NCBI GenBank assembly: GCA_903813345.2
Contig: CAIIXF020000001.1
Span: 20,584,001-20,648,000 of the forward strand
Length of the DNA: 64,000 nucleotides
Direction: 5' to 3'
Source: Owenia fusiformis
Taxonomy: Eukaryota
In this document: positions 38,101 to 50,419 of the stretch, one piece after another
Numbering within the stretch: the stretch's first letter is position 1
How the letters are laid out: every line of letters starts with the position of its first letter
Translations under genes and position numbers: made by a program
Notes under the pieces: model-generated
Told to the model about the DNA's origin: nothing
The model's database searches: none
The model's input: only the letters and a program-made list of their open reading frames with translations

Positions 38101-41100
38101 CGCTGCCCTCCGTACGACAAATGTGACTGGGGTGTTAGTCATCATGACCGGAATTTTCTTACTAGTCGGCCAATGCGTAGAGATGTTTGAATTAAGTCAA
38201 TCAAAAGGCAGTAGATAGATAAATCGCACTTGTGATCACTCATGAAATAAACGTGATAATATGGCCTCATTAATATTGAATATCCAAACCAACAGGACTT
38301 TTATCAATTATTTTGTACACCATTGCCATTTTATGGGCTTTCTTCAAAACCCGATTTGGTCATGAACAAGTTTTCTAAGAATTATAAAAGTACCAAGAAT
38401 TCGGAAATTCGTGTCATAGCCTAATTATTCCAACGAACGAAGTTCTGTAGGGATATAGTGAAGCCCTCCGTCCTTCCGTCCGTCCGTCCGGAAGATAACT
38501 CGATTACAAGTCGACAGATTTTCTTCATATTTAGTGGAAAGATGTATATTGGTGAAAAGTTTTACGCCAAAAATCTTATGTTTTTCATTTTTTCATTTAT
38601 TAACTCTTTGAATGCCGGTGTTTTTCGGAATTGTTATGACGTCAAAATGCCACGGAAACGAAATTTTTATGTTTTTTCCACTCCATGATATTTCTTCCAC
38701 TGGTATCTATCTTGATGATATTTCAAGTGTTAAAATGCTTTATTTTCAAATATTATTATTTGAGATTTTGGTAGTATATTAACAACATCTATCCATTTCA
38801 CATATATCCCGGGTTTTTCACCCTGACCCACAGGGGCCGTAAATAGGGGATTAGGAAAACAGTAATTTGCATTAATTTTGTGATGTTTTTGAAGTATAAC
38901 TTTATTATACTGAAAAGAAAGGCAATTTAGAGTAGATTGTAAATATTGTAGCGTTTTTCTGATTTGGGCCTCAAAAAATTCAAAATGGCGGCCTAATGCG
39001 GGATTTCGCAATTATTTTCTGATCTCTTGAAAGTATGGCTATATTATACTCAAATTGAAGGTATTTCAGAGTAGATCACAATTATGGCATTATTTTTCTG
39101 ATTTGCGCCTCTGAAAATTCAAAATGGCTGACTAGAGCAGAAATTCGCCATTACTTAGAGTTATCTTGATAGTATGGTTACATGATACTACAATGATTTA
39201 AAATATTTATTGAAGGTAAGAGTAAATGGTAAATATTACATTGTGACTGTACAAATTGATGATTTATATAATGTTCGTTGGTATTTGCTACTCCGTGGAG
39301 TTGCCATTTTCTAGTTAGTATAGTTTACGATCAATGAAAACATGCTTTGCAGTGGACGATGCTCGTGGAAAAGTTCCCCCGGGAATGTTCGAGGGCAATC
39401 TTCATATGATTGGCAATTATGACGAGTGCTTAAGTGTCAAAGTCAACATGACCGAATATATTGAGACGATCCCCGACTCCAAAGCGCACTTTCGTGGACG
39501 ATATTGTACGTGTGAGGCCACAATTGATATATCGTTAGAAGACTTAGGAATCCCCATTGATATACAGGTACTATGGCGAGAGTTGTCTGTCGTCAGATTT
39601 GCAGTTTGCCTATTAGTCATGTTATTTGTATTTGTATGCCAAATGCGCAGACTTAACCTAGATTGGAAGTGATATTGTTTTTTAAATACGGAAAAGTATT
39701 TTGCTTGGAAATGAATTAATAAGTGACTTTTACATTGATATTGGTAATTTTGACATACTGTCTTAAAATTAAATTTAAAAATACACACATAATATGTGAC
39801 CAATCTTCTACATATTCGTAGCACTGGTAGAAAATACCCTAAAGTGCCCCAAGTAAAGTTTTCAAAGAATTTGGCTTATCTATTACTGAGAAATAACTCG
39901 TCAAATTGCTTCCCATTTTTTGGTACAAACACTATGTAGTTCTCATTGCGTTGCTCCGGTATGGGATCTTTTGACATGCTATCTTGACTTCCTTAGTAGT
40001 CATGGCATTAATTTGATCGTTTTCATATTTTTGAACCTTGCTAATAATACCCTTGGGCTACTTTTGATATTCAGAAAATAATTTACAATTCAAGTTAGAA
40101 TCGTTTGAAATTGTTTGCGATAACCTGCTCCTTTCAATGGGTGTCCAAGGATCAAATCTTTGCTCTTTTCACGACACTAGGTCAATCTACAAAAATATTT
40201 ATGTCTGTCGAATTTCTTATCAGTTTGTACTTTCATTCGGCCAAATGTTTGAAGTTCGAATATTCTTATATCATTCTATTCTCCATATTAGCATTGCTTT
40301 AATTGCTAATATACAAATAACAAGGTATGCATGTACTCCACCAGAGAGGGGAAATGTTTTTTTAAAGTTGCACTCATAGAAACTATGTATGCATGTACTG
40401 CACCAGAGAGGGGAAATGTTTTTTAAAATTTGCACTCATAGAAACTATTAAAACAAATGTACGGATATTAATTACAAAATCATAACTAGTTATAATGCAA
40501 GTTGGTCAGAGTAGGGCATACGTTTGTGTAGTTATTTTTATGATTTAGGCCAACCATGGCTGTTGCGAACCAAAAATAATTTGAACCGGGATGGCCTACT
40601 CGGTTATCTTCTGGTAAACTAATATACATGGATCAAAAGGGTTCAAGTAGTAACTTAAAGCCTCGCTATCCTTAATTTAGAAGAAAAAAGGAAAAATTAA
40701 TCATTGAAACATGTTACTCACACTCTTAATGAAATATGATACAAAGTTTGAGTAGTATTTGCAGTAATATTAAACCAAGTTAAAATTAAAATAACTCATG
40801 TAAAACGGCATTAAAAGTTCAGAGATCATTAGTTGTGCATGCACATTTTTGACAAAGTGCATGTTTTAAATTACTCTTGATTTAAAAGATGGCGATACTT
40901 CTATAAAAATGAATGTATCATGTAATACTAACAACTTCGCCATCTTTCATTGACATTGATGAAAACTTAATATTTAAAGTTTAACGGATCAAAAATATTT
41001 TTGATAACATATTGCAACCTTCGATGTGGCCCGTTTGAGCTGATTTTGGTGTCAAATGAAAGATAAAGTAATTATCATCAATCCATTGGAAATACTATGA

Positions 41101-44100
41101 AATTCAAACGTAAGACTTTATTTTGCCACAAAATGTTGAAAATACGCAAAGTGGGCCTTTAAGTAAAGTGATTGTTTAGCGACAGTACTTTGAACAGGTT
41201 CGATCCCTAATTTCTTTTCCATAAGAATACAAATAAGCGTTAAGATCCGATACTTTCCATACATTAGAACAAAACAATATCTCACATGGAAATCAACATT
41301 TCCGTTCGTTCGTGTTACTCAAATACCAGTGACCGGATTTGGTTCGAACTTTATATGCTGATCCCTGATATGAGAGACACAGGAGCTCTTCTCGAGAGGG
41401 AATTTTCAAGTTGGCAGCTGAATTTCAAAATGGCTGCCATCTGTTTAAAAAGGACAGACTTTGATCTTTGATAACTCAAATACCAGTTGACAGATTTGCT
41501 TCAAATTTTATGTGCTGAGGCCTAGAGCCAACGGAGGTCCGCTCAAGAAGACATTTTCGAGACAGACAGAGTTTCGTCATTTTCGTAAAAATCGTAATCT
41601 TTGATGATTCATTTACCAGATGACAGATTTGGTTCACATTTTACATTCTGATGCCTGGGACGAAGGGGCTCGGCTCAAGAAGAAATTTTCAAGATAGGAG
41701 CTGAACTTCAAAACGGCCGCCATTTTTCGTAAAAAAACATTATCTTACCTTGTATTCGCGAATGAAACTAACACCTGTCGGCTACCGGATAAACCTAGTA
41801 TTTTATGACCAATTCATTTAAATATGAATGGAATAGTGGCAGGTACTATTAATATTTAAATGAGTTTCCAATAAACTGAAGGATTAATTTATGCAAATCA
41901 ATAGGTTAATCCGGTAGTCGATAGCCGCTATTTGCATTCGCGAATACAAGCTCAGATAACCGAAATACCAGTGGACGGATTTAGTTCAAATTTTACATGC
42001 TGATACCTAGGGACAGAGGAGTTCTTTTCAGGAAGAAATTTTCAAGACCGCTATCATCAAAACATATTTTGTTTAGTTGAATTTGCTACTCCATGGAGTT
42101 GCTGTTTTCCAGTTCGTAAATGGTTCAACTACCAATTTTGAAAACGTATTCAGATGATCTTTGACTATTCATTTCAGCCAATATTCTGGATTGGGGAATG
42201 TATGCCTTCTACCTGCAACGAATCTGAAATCAATGCTATACTTAGAGAGGAACTTTATGAATCTGATGATTTCTTCGACAATGGTAACGCTGACCACTTT
42301 CCCAAGATCAATGACTATGATAAATTAACAGTTCTACTTCAGTGATTTAGAATGTTTATTTTATGTTTAATATTTTTGCCTTGCTTGCATTACTTAAACC
42401 TGGATCTCATTCACTTTTCAGTACTTGGTGACATATTACAGTTCAACACAACATGTCCTCGTGATATGAATATATTTGAAAACCCCAGACCATCGGCTGT
42501 TGGAGTGTTGTAAGTGTTATAGAGTAACATTAAAAAGTGTGATAAACAATGATAAGATAGTCGTACGAGGCCCGATCAGAAAGTAAGTAACCAACTGTTC
42601 TAATTTTTCATATTTCAATTTCCACAGATGATGTAGAAAATATTAACCTATTAAACAAGACCAAGTACAATGGGTTAGCGTCAATGCCATTGTTATGGCT
42701 GTTGTTATGGTGATAGCCAAAGTTCGCATCGATTGCAAGGAGGATTGGCTCCCAGGATCGAAACTCGATATTTTCCAACAATGAAAACGTCGAAATGTCG
42801 TTATTTTCTGAAATTAAAACCGACTATAAATTCAAAATAAACAGTTCAAAAGATTCGAACCAATATCTCGATCATTTCTTGTGAGTTTTGGAATTTTTCG
42901 TTTGGAAATAAGACCAAAATTCACGATTTAAATGTTGAAGTGAACAAAATGGCGGCTGTTTGAATTCGAATTTTGTATTACGACATACCCATATATGGGA
43001 CAGAATATCGGTGGTGCACTCTGGGAGCCAATCCTCCTTGCATCGATTGCGAATATCGAATTTGTTTGCATCGTAGATATCCCAAATAAATGCAACCTGT
43101 TAACTCCTTGAAGACTGGTCATTTACTAGATATAGTATTTGAAAAATATTCATCACGGGTTCGCTTTTTGAATGTTTGAGTTAACATATTTTGAAACTTT
43201 GTCCCAGTTTTGATCTATTTAATGCGCCAGATTTCTATTTCAGAATTGCCATCCTATTTTTAACCGTATTTGTATTGATTGGTACAATATACGACCAGAT
43301 CGTAAGCTTGCTGAGTGAACCTTCTCCGAACAACTCCTCATCTGCTATCGAAGAACCTAATAAAGGACACTACAACAAGGGTTACTATTCGGAAAATGAG
43401 ACGAATGGATCTGCAACCATGTTAGGCTATGCGACTACAAATGGATCTGCCACCGCTAATGGCTCCGTGACCACGAATGGCTATGGGACCGACTATAATC
43501 CTACCTCAGGACCTGATATTTCTCGGAAAGGTATGGGCAAATAACAATTCTTTTTGGCAAGAGCAAATCTTAATCATTAGACTACGATGGCCCGTAAATC
43601 CGTCTGACAGAATTGTATCGGAATTCGGAACGACTACAAATGACGAAACCAAAAATGATAAAGTATAATTTTTGTCCTCGAGTACGATATGGATATTAAA
43701 TGCTCCAGATTTGCTGCACAATATACTCATCTCATTCTCAATACGCCGCAACATAAATAAGGTGCTCAACATGGATGTGGTTGAGAACGGTGTCCCTGCT
43801 TGTATCAACGGTATCCGTGTACTCAGCATGGCTTGGCTCATCCTTGGCCTTTCTTACATCCTTGGTGTTCTCTATGCCGAGACATATACAACACGTGAGT
43901 TCATTTGTTTGACACTTTGGGCTCAGTGTCAGTGAAAGCCAATTAATTGACAGAGCGTTTTATGAACAATCTCTCATGAAATAACTGAGATTTCACGTTT
44001 ACTACATCGCTCGAAATTTACTTTTTAGCGTAGGCTAGTAAAGACTATCAATATGACTTCCTAGAATAGGGAAGCTATGCTCGAGTCAAATATCGCGCCT

Positions 44101-47100
44101 TTTAATCGGAAATGAACGGAGGGGGGTTAGCCGATTTCTGCTAGAAAATTCAACAAATCTGCAAGATTTAAGAAAAAAGTCATAAAAAGTCATATCGTAC
44201 ACCTATTCCGTGAACTTTCTCGTGAAAAAAATAAATCTTGCAGATTGTTGAATTCTCTTGCAGAAATCGGCTACTCCCGTCTGTTCATTTTTCCAATTTA
44301 CCAGGCGTGAATATTATTAGAGTAATTTAAGTTCCACTCATTTAATGACTAAAATGAAAAAATATCTCATTGATTTTTTGTTTTCTGTAATTGCATGGAA
44401 CATAGTTTAACTTTAATATTAGAAAACCTTCTGGCTGCTCTGTTCAGAGTACAACGATTTTCCTTTCAACCAATACTCAATGCTGGATTCTGCGCAGACA
44501 CTTTCTTCCTCTTGACGTGAGTACTGCAATTGCTAACTGGTACAATCCCCTGATTACATATTAAAAGATTTAAGCCCTGAACTCAATACATTGTGTGCAG
44601 AATTATTCATCTTGAAGGTGTTGTTTTCAAATATTTGGATGACCGCGCAGCGGCCGTAGAAACAACGCCTGAGTGGAATGAATCAGCCACAATGCATCGA
44701 GTCATGGGCTTAAATTCTCTTCACACATTACATCACTTCAAAATTATAAAAATAATATAGTATACTATATTCGATGAAACATTTCAAGTTCAAGTTGTAA
44801 GTTCTGTTTATGTCAGTCAGCATCATGGATTGTGACCTTGACAACCATACAACATTTGACCTACATAAGCACTTAGCTCACCTATGATACTATTTATAAA
44901 TTAGTTTATAGATTAGTTTATCGGTTTCATTAGTTTTACTAGATTCTAAAACAAAAAAGAAAAGTGACCTTGGATGCGGTTGTTGGTTGTATCTAATGCA
45001 GTGTAGTTAATATACGAAATACTGTGTTCTGGTTGGCTACATTTGGAAAACACTAGCTATGTGTGAATTTTAAATCATAGTTCAAAATATGACTGTTTTG
45101 TCAATGCGTCAAACCATTGATGGGATAGAGGTCCAAAGTGGAACATAGGTTCAAGGTGTAAATGCGAACCAATTGTTTGATCTTTCGATTTCAGTGGAGT
45201 CATTGTGACCATATACTTCATGAAGTTCCTGGACAACAACAACGGCTCTTGGAACATCTCCAGAATTATCACTCAAGGAGTTTACTATGTTTTCCATAGG
45301 TGGTGGAGGTAAGCCACGAGTGGTATGGTATTTCCATTTTCCCGTTGCATTTGTCTCCAAGCTTCTTTGATTTTATTATAAAATAATGAGATAAATTGAT
45401 TATCTTTTGATTCAGGCTGACTCCCCTCTACGTTCTGTTTATATTCTGTTTCTCGAACTTGTTTGATTACATTGGAAATGGGCCATTGTGGCCTAATCCT
45501 GATCCCACTAATGCAAATCTGTGTAGGGACAATGGTTGGGCAAATGTTCTTTACATCAACAACATCTACAAGCCGAGAGACGGAGTAAGTTACATAAAAT
45601 GGCTGTCGTTTTGTGTTTTATACCATTAACCATTTATACTTTGTTATATGTAAATGGGTATCGTCCTACATAAATTAGGAATTGATGCTAATTGATTTTG
45701 ATATAGTAGACTCAAACAGTGCCTTCAAGACACCGATGCCGCTTAGAACGCTCATATGTACACACACAACTTGTAGACTCAACCAAGTAGACTCGCAAGT
45801 GATGCCTGGTCCTTGTAGACTTGCATAACCACGGCGTCTAAGCTTATTGCATGATATCTATGAGTACTGGACTCATTGGACATTATTAATGTGTTTTCAT
45901 ATGCTTACGTTTTTCACATGCTATTTAAACTTCAGTGCATGATCTTCACTTTCTTCCTGACGTGTAGTATGCAGTTCTATGTCATCTCACCTTTGCTTCT
46001 TCTTCCGCTCTACTAGTGAGTCATCTTTTTCAGCGTTATTTGAACAGTTTCATATGTAGTGAGGGTAATCGTAAGGACTACAATGATTACGTTTTCCAAC
46101 AAAACATTTACAACAAAAACACAGTGTTTCCACTGACATGATAGTATCAACCACATTGCTCTTTAATAGCACATATCTAACACTCTTCTGTCGCATTCCT
46201 CCTATACATTGATGGTACAATAGATATTCGAAAAATACAACCGTTGGAAGTGCCTACCAATTTACAACTGAACATACTTACCGATATTTACTGACAGAAA
46301 TTTATTTTAAATATATTGTTTGTGTGTTTGTTTACATACATGGCTTTGTAAAAAACAAGCCTACGTTCTTGTTGTACTTCAGTTTTCCAGCGATCGGTGC
46401 AGTATTGTTGTTCCTGTGTCTTGGCAGTAATCTCACGGCACTTGGTGTAATTAATGGACAACTGGAAACAAGGTCGGTCAGTCAAATCATTGCGGCTCAG
46501 ACTTAATAACTTGTGTACTTTGGATGAACACCTCTGTAACTGGAACATCTCGCAAGTGAACGTTTTTAGAAGTTCGATAACATAATTACTTAATTTACAT
46601 GGCGAGAACGATACTGTTTTGATTTCACTTGTACTTTCATCATATATTTGATTTTAGTTGCTCATTGTTCAGAGTATTACTGCCAAAGGATTCATGCAAA
46701 AAGTGGCATTACAACCGTTTGAAATTTTGCCAAATATAACACTAAACCCATGCAGAATGAGTTATGAACATTTGTTTGGGTTACCTTTTTTGGCCCACCT
46801 TGTAGATATGTATCCTTTCCACAATATTTTAAAAATTATAATTACATGATTTCAGAAATTACACTGATGATTTTGCTTACGCTGATGACTTCTTTCACGA
46901 GGTGATAATCACACCTTGGTGTAGAGTGGGTCCCCACATCGTTGGTATTGCGTGCGGATACATCATCTATCGACTCCAAAGTCAGAATATTGTGATCAAA
47001 TTTAGGGGTGACAAAGTAATGACAAATCTCCTTGTTGATTAAAATCGAACACGCTTTGAAATTATGAAGAATGCATGTATTCAGAGTTCAAAACTTGAAT

Positions 47101-48308
47101 CATACATCCGGGCTTATTCATTCATGTACTACACGTGTTAAGTGCATTATCTTTTCTCCGTCTTTTCTGTAAACGCTGTCATTGTAGATTGCGGCAGTAG
47201 CAGGGTGGTGTGTTTCATTAGTGTTCATCACATCGGTCACGTTTGGTACATACAGTCAGTTCAACGAGCACACTGGGGAGGAATGGTCCTCCACCATCAG
47301 GGTGTTCTATGAGACAGTGGCCATACTTGCGTGGTCGCTTGGAGTTGGCTGGATTATCGTTGCGTGTTCTATGGGATACGGAGGTAAAGGAATCATGGAA
47401 ATTATATGAAATTAAAAATTTATAAATGAAAGATTGAAGCAGAATCCAATGTGACAGTAGCTATAATTTTATGATTTTATCATCACTCATACATTGCCTT
47501 GCAATTAACTATCTCTCGAAGAAACCATATTCATTTGTGTTTGAGGTTCTATTGTATTTCCACTTTTCAATATAATTCTTCTTACGTTGCCGTTTCGCTT
47601 ACGTTCAATTTGACTTTCTTCGTTCAGGTATAATTAATTCCATACTTTCGTGGAAAGCATGGGTGCCACTGAGTAGGCTATCATTCGCTGCACACCTCAC
47701 ATACCCATTGGTCATGTTCTCATACAACTACCAGAGAAGGAGTCTAATATACGTCAGTGATGCTAACATGGTAAAAAATTATTCTTTTATCCTAAAGAAC
47801 ATTTCGGGTATGAGTACACTACTATTACAGTTACACTGTGTACGTGTTACATACACTGTCTATTATGAAAGATATAACAATAGGGAGCTTGAGCTTGCAT
47901 ATAAAAACGAAACGCCAACCTATACGTATGACCGATCGCCCATACAAATGGATAGCTTAAATATTTTCTGTTCACGTTTAGGTTGTGAAAAACATTGCAA
48001 GCTTAAACCATGAATTAGCCATGAATATACAAGAATTAAAATGAAACTGGAAATATTTTCAGGTTTACTTTTTCCTGGGCCACTTCTGCCTCACGTACGC
48101 CGTGTCTCTAGGCTTCACACTTCTCATCGAGTTACCCACCCGTCAGCTTGAAAAGGCCTTCCGAGAATATTTCACCGCAAGACGAAATTTTGCCGACCTG
48201 AAACAAGTTAATTCTATTGGAAACCACCAGGGTGAATTTAGAGGCCAACAACGCGTGTATGATGGAAAGACACCAAGTGTTAAGAGTGACATGACTACAC
48301 ATCTGTGA
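35133..48308 (+). CDS. nrf-6: Nose-resistant-to-fluoxetine-6-like protein (signal peptide, NRF domain, acyltransferase-3 multi-TM domain), 15 exons
   Basis: Exons 35133-35817, 39353-39567, 42178-42283, 42422-42509, 43244-43530, 43709-43894, 44423-44516, 45195-45308, 45416-45584, 45936-46015, 46383-46472, 46856-47015, 47188-47383, 47628-47770, 48063-48308 join in frame. NRF signature WAFVMDDARGKVPPGMFEGN..GNYDECL, ECMPSTC; AT3 landmarks NGIRVLSM, DTFFLL, HRWWRLTP, NVLYINN, MQFY, PLSRLS, IELP. Confidence 0.9.
35607..35726 (+). repeat. Coding 24-nt tandem repeat x5 (PDxNSAPx) in NRF-6 exon 1
   Basis: Units such as CCAGATGGAAATTCAGCCCCACGC. Confidence 0.9.
35840..36375. mobile_element. Palindrome-rich non-autonomous element in NRF-6 intron 1
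   Basis: Nested inverted repeats AAACCATCGAATATCACTTTT/AAAAGTGATATTCGATGGTTT at about 35960-36047. The 3' part resembles 18960-19065. Superfamily not assignable. Confidence 0.55.
37229..37892. mobile_element. PIF/Harbinger-like MITE (TAA TSD)
   Basis: TAA|CACCCCAGTCACATTT...AAATGTGACTGGGGTG|TAA, with internal TTTCTGCGGTC/TTTCTACG repeats. Confidence 0.8.
38010..38134. mobile_element. Internally deleted mini-copy of the adjacent Harbinger-like MITE
   Basis: Same TIRs; the left about 65 bp and right about 60 bp of 37229-37892 are fused. Flanks are TAA/TTA. Confidence 0.8.
38423..39312 (+). mobile_element. Helentron/HINE-like element (family 2)
   Basis: 5' ATTATTCCAACGAAC, a (CGTC)n microsatellite at about 38467-38490, and a 3' GTTCGTTGGTATTTGCTACTCCGTGGAGTTGC hairpin. 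Confidence 0.75.
40326..40448 (+). repeat. Local tandem duplication, about 62 bp x2
   Basis: TATGCATGTACT(C/G)CACCAGAGAGGGGAAATG...GCACTCATAGAAACTAT occurs twice. Confidence 0.85.
40659..41158. mobile_element. Kolobok-like MITE (TTAA TSD)
   Basis: TTAA flanks and right TIR GTGGGCCT. Homologous to, but longer than, 24668-25026. Confidence 0.75.
41290..42110 (+). mobile_element. HINE family-2 remnant with internal repeats of about 140-160 bp
   Basis: Repeated AAATACCAGT..GATTTGGTTC..TTTATATGCTGAT units; 3' TTTGCTACTCCATGGAGTTGCTGTTTT. Confidence 0.6.
41749..41950. mobile_element. Small foldback MITE nested in the HINE remnant
   Basis: CTTGTATTCGCGAATG...CATTCGCGAATACAAG with imperfect arms of about 50 bp. 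Confidence 0.7.
42736..43040. mobile_element. MULE-like MITE with perfect 9-bp TSD (second copy)
   Basis: TIR CAAGGAGGATTGGCTCCCAG; TSD CATCGATTG at 42727-42735 and 43041-43049. Confidence 0.88.
44094..44310. mobile_element. Foldback/MITE-like inverted repeat in an NRF-6 intron
   Basis: TAGCCGATTTCTGC..AATTCAACAAATCTGCAAGATTTA is mirrored by TAAATCTTGCAGATTGTTGAATT..GCAGAAATCGGCTA. Confidence 0.6.
44567..44718. mobile_element. Small inverted-repeat element
   Basis: ATTTAAGCCCTGAACTCAATACATTGTG versus CACAATGCATCGAGTCATGGGCTTAAAT. Confidence 0.5.
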
Positions 48309-50419
48309 TAATTCTGTGACATTGACCGTTTATGACATATTAGAGATAATTCGTAACTCATTTAAGTTATAAATCCCTTATGTTTATAACTTATAATTTG
48401 TTGGTGTACTACGTTGTAATTTGTCGCGTAGCTCTTTAGATACGTCTGTAAATAGCCGTTGATTATAAAATGTTGTGTATAAGTGCGTAAATCCTTATCT
48501 AGTTTAGATATTATTATTGGTCTGGAAACACTGTGATAACTGACATAAAGTCATAATATCCCTATTTACACTACACGCGACATTCCAAGACGTCTTGGTT
48601 AAAACGTCTTGGTTTTAGAAAAATTATGTTGAGTTTACACCACCATTTTCAAGATGTCTTACGAAATATGATTCAGTTTACACCTGTTTTTCTAAAACGT
48701 CTTAGAGATATGTAGGTATACATGTAAAATGAAAAAAGCAGTTCAGTACTGGTTGAAGGACGGTTCCGTCAATATAGCTATTCATATCCCGCTTAAGGAC
48801 TATGCGACACATGTAAACCGAAAGTTTCAAATGTTTCGTTCAGCGCAACGCAAAAAAACATTTCAATGATATCTCAATAAAAGTAAAGAGTGATCAGAAG
48901 TCACAAAAGAGTTCATTCCCTCCAAGACATCTACAAGGTGAGCCAATAAACGCCATTTAAAAAAAATGCTATAACTTAATTTTTGATCCAAAATCATAAA
49001 GTTATACGTGTTTTAAACACCGAGAATGAATTATTCTCGCCTCCAAATTCCTTGTTATATAAGGTTGATTGGATAGTTATATGACTTCATACAAATTACC
49101 TTTATGATTCTCATCCAATAACTACTATAACGAGATAATTATTCACTCACTTATAAAGAACGTTTTATAAGCAATGTCATAAACATACGGGATTTATAAG
49201 CACGCTTATAACATGAATAAATGCGTTGCGAAATATCTCTAATCACTAAAGCTTATAACGTATAGCAATATACACACGCATGAACAAAAGTTAGAAGTAT
49301 ACTTTCACTTATGAGCGAAATCTCTCTATAATGCTTGTAATATTTTTTTTTATAACTTATAACGATGCTGACTTCATGCTTTACTAGCCAGTATATTGTT
49401 CATGACATATCCGCGTCTATATAACTGCGGGTATAGTGTTTAGCTGGCCAAAGCACCCAATGATCCGTGTGAGAAATTACGGGCGTAATATCCATACGAG
49501 TGTAATTACACGCGTAATTACGTGAGAGGAATTATGAGTGTTATATCCACAATTACGCGTATGCATAATTATATTTAAAAGAAGCACGTCAAAGATACGC
49601 GTAAAAGGTAAGTTCAGGCGTTTGCAAAAATAGCCAGTGAAATTCATGCTTCGATATGATATATAAACGTTTTGAAAACGGTGCGTGTTCGAATCTCTCG
49701 GTGCTTTTGCCAGCCATATACCGTAATGTAATGAGCTTTCGATACGCCTGTAGTTTTAGTTTGCTTGTGACGTTTGACACATTATTTTCTTTTAGCTTCG
49801 TTTTAGCTTATAATAAGTCTGAAATTATGAATAGATCGTATATTCGCCTATAAATGAGTAGAATATATATATGAGTTGGTATAGGGTTGGACTACGATTT
49901 TGATTTACATATATGTTTTACATATATTATCATATTATGTATTTTTACAAATGTTGCTATTTTAATACAAATTTTAGTACGATTTTCAAAAAGAAATTGT
50001 TGATTTATTTTCTAAAAGCTTGGCAATTTTCAACGCCCGTCGCCTGAAAAATGGATGGTGGACATCATTACAAAACATTCTATTTGAAAAAAGACCACTG
50101 TAATAAAATGCTCAATGCGATCTCTGTCTCTTATCAAATCGTAATGACATTTGTATTCTACGTCAGTTCAGAACAAGCTCAATCACAGAGGATCAACTAG
50201 CCCGGTCAACTAGAAAAGACAGGCTGTCCACGTATCGAAATGGATGTTCTCCCAGTCGTAAGAGTTTTCATTTTCGCCAATTACCCACTTCATCCTTTGA
50301 AGATTGAATTTCGGTTTCAAAAGCAGATGTATGCATCATTTTTACAATCGATAATATCCCTCGAAATAAACGCCAAATGACTTGGGAAACCTATTTTCCC
50401 TCTTAAACACGCGTGTTAA

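Noticed and set aside
43395-43490. Short TNGSAT-like repeats in NRF-6 exon 5
   Set aside because: Ordinary low-complexity loop expansion; no further support for a function.
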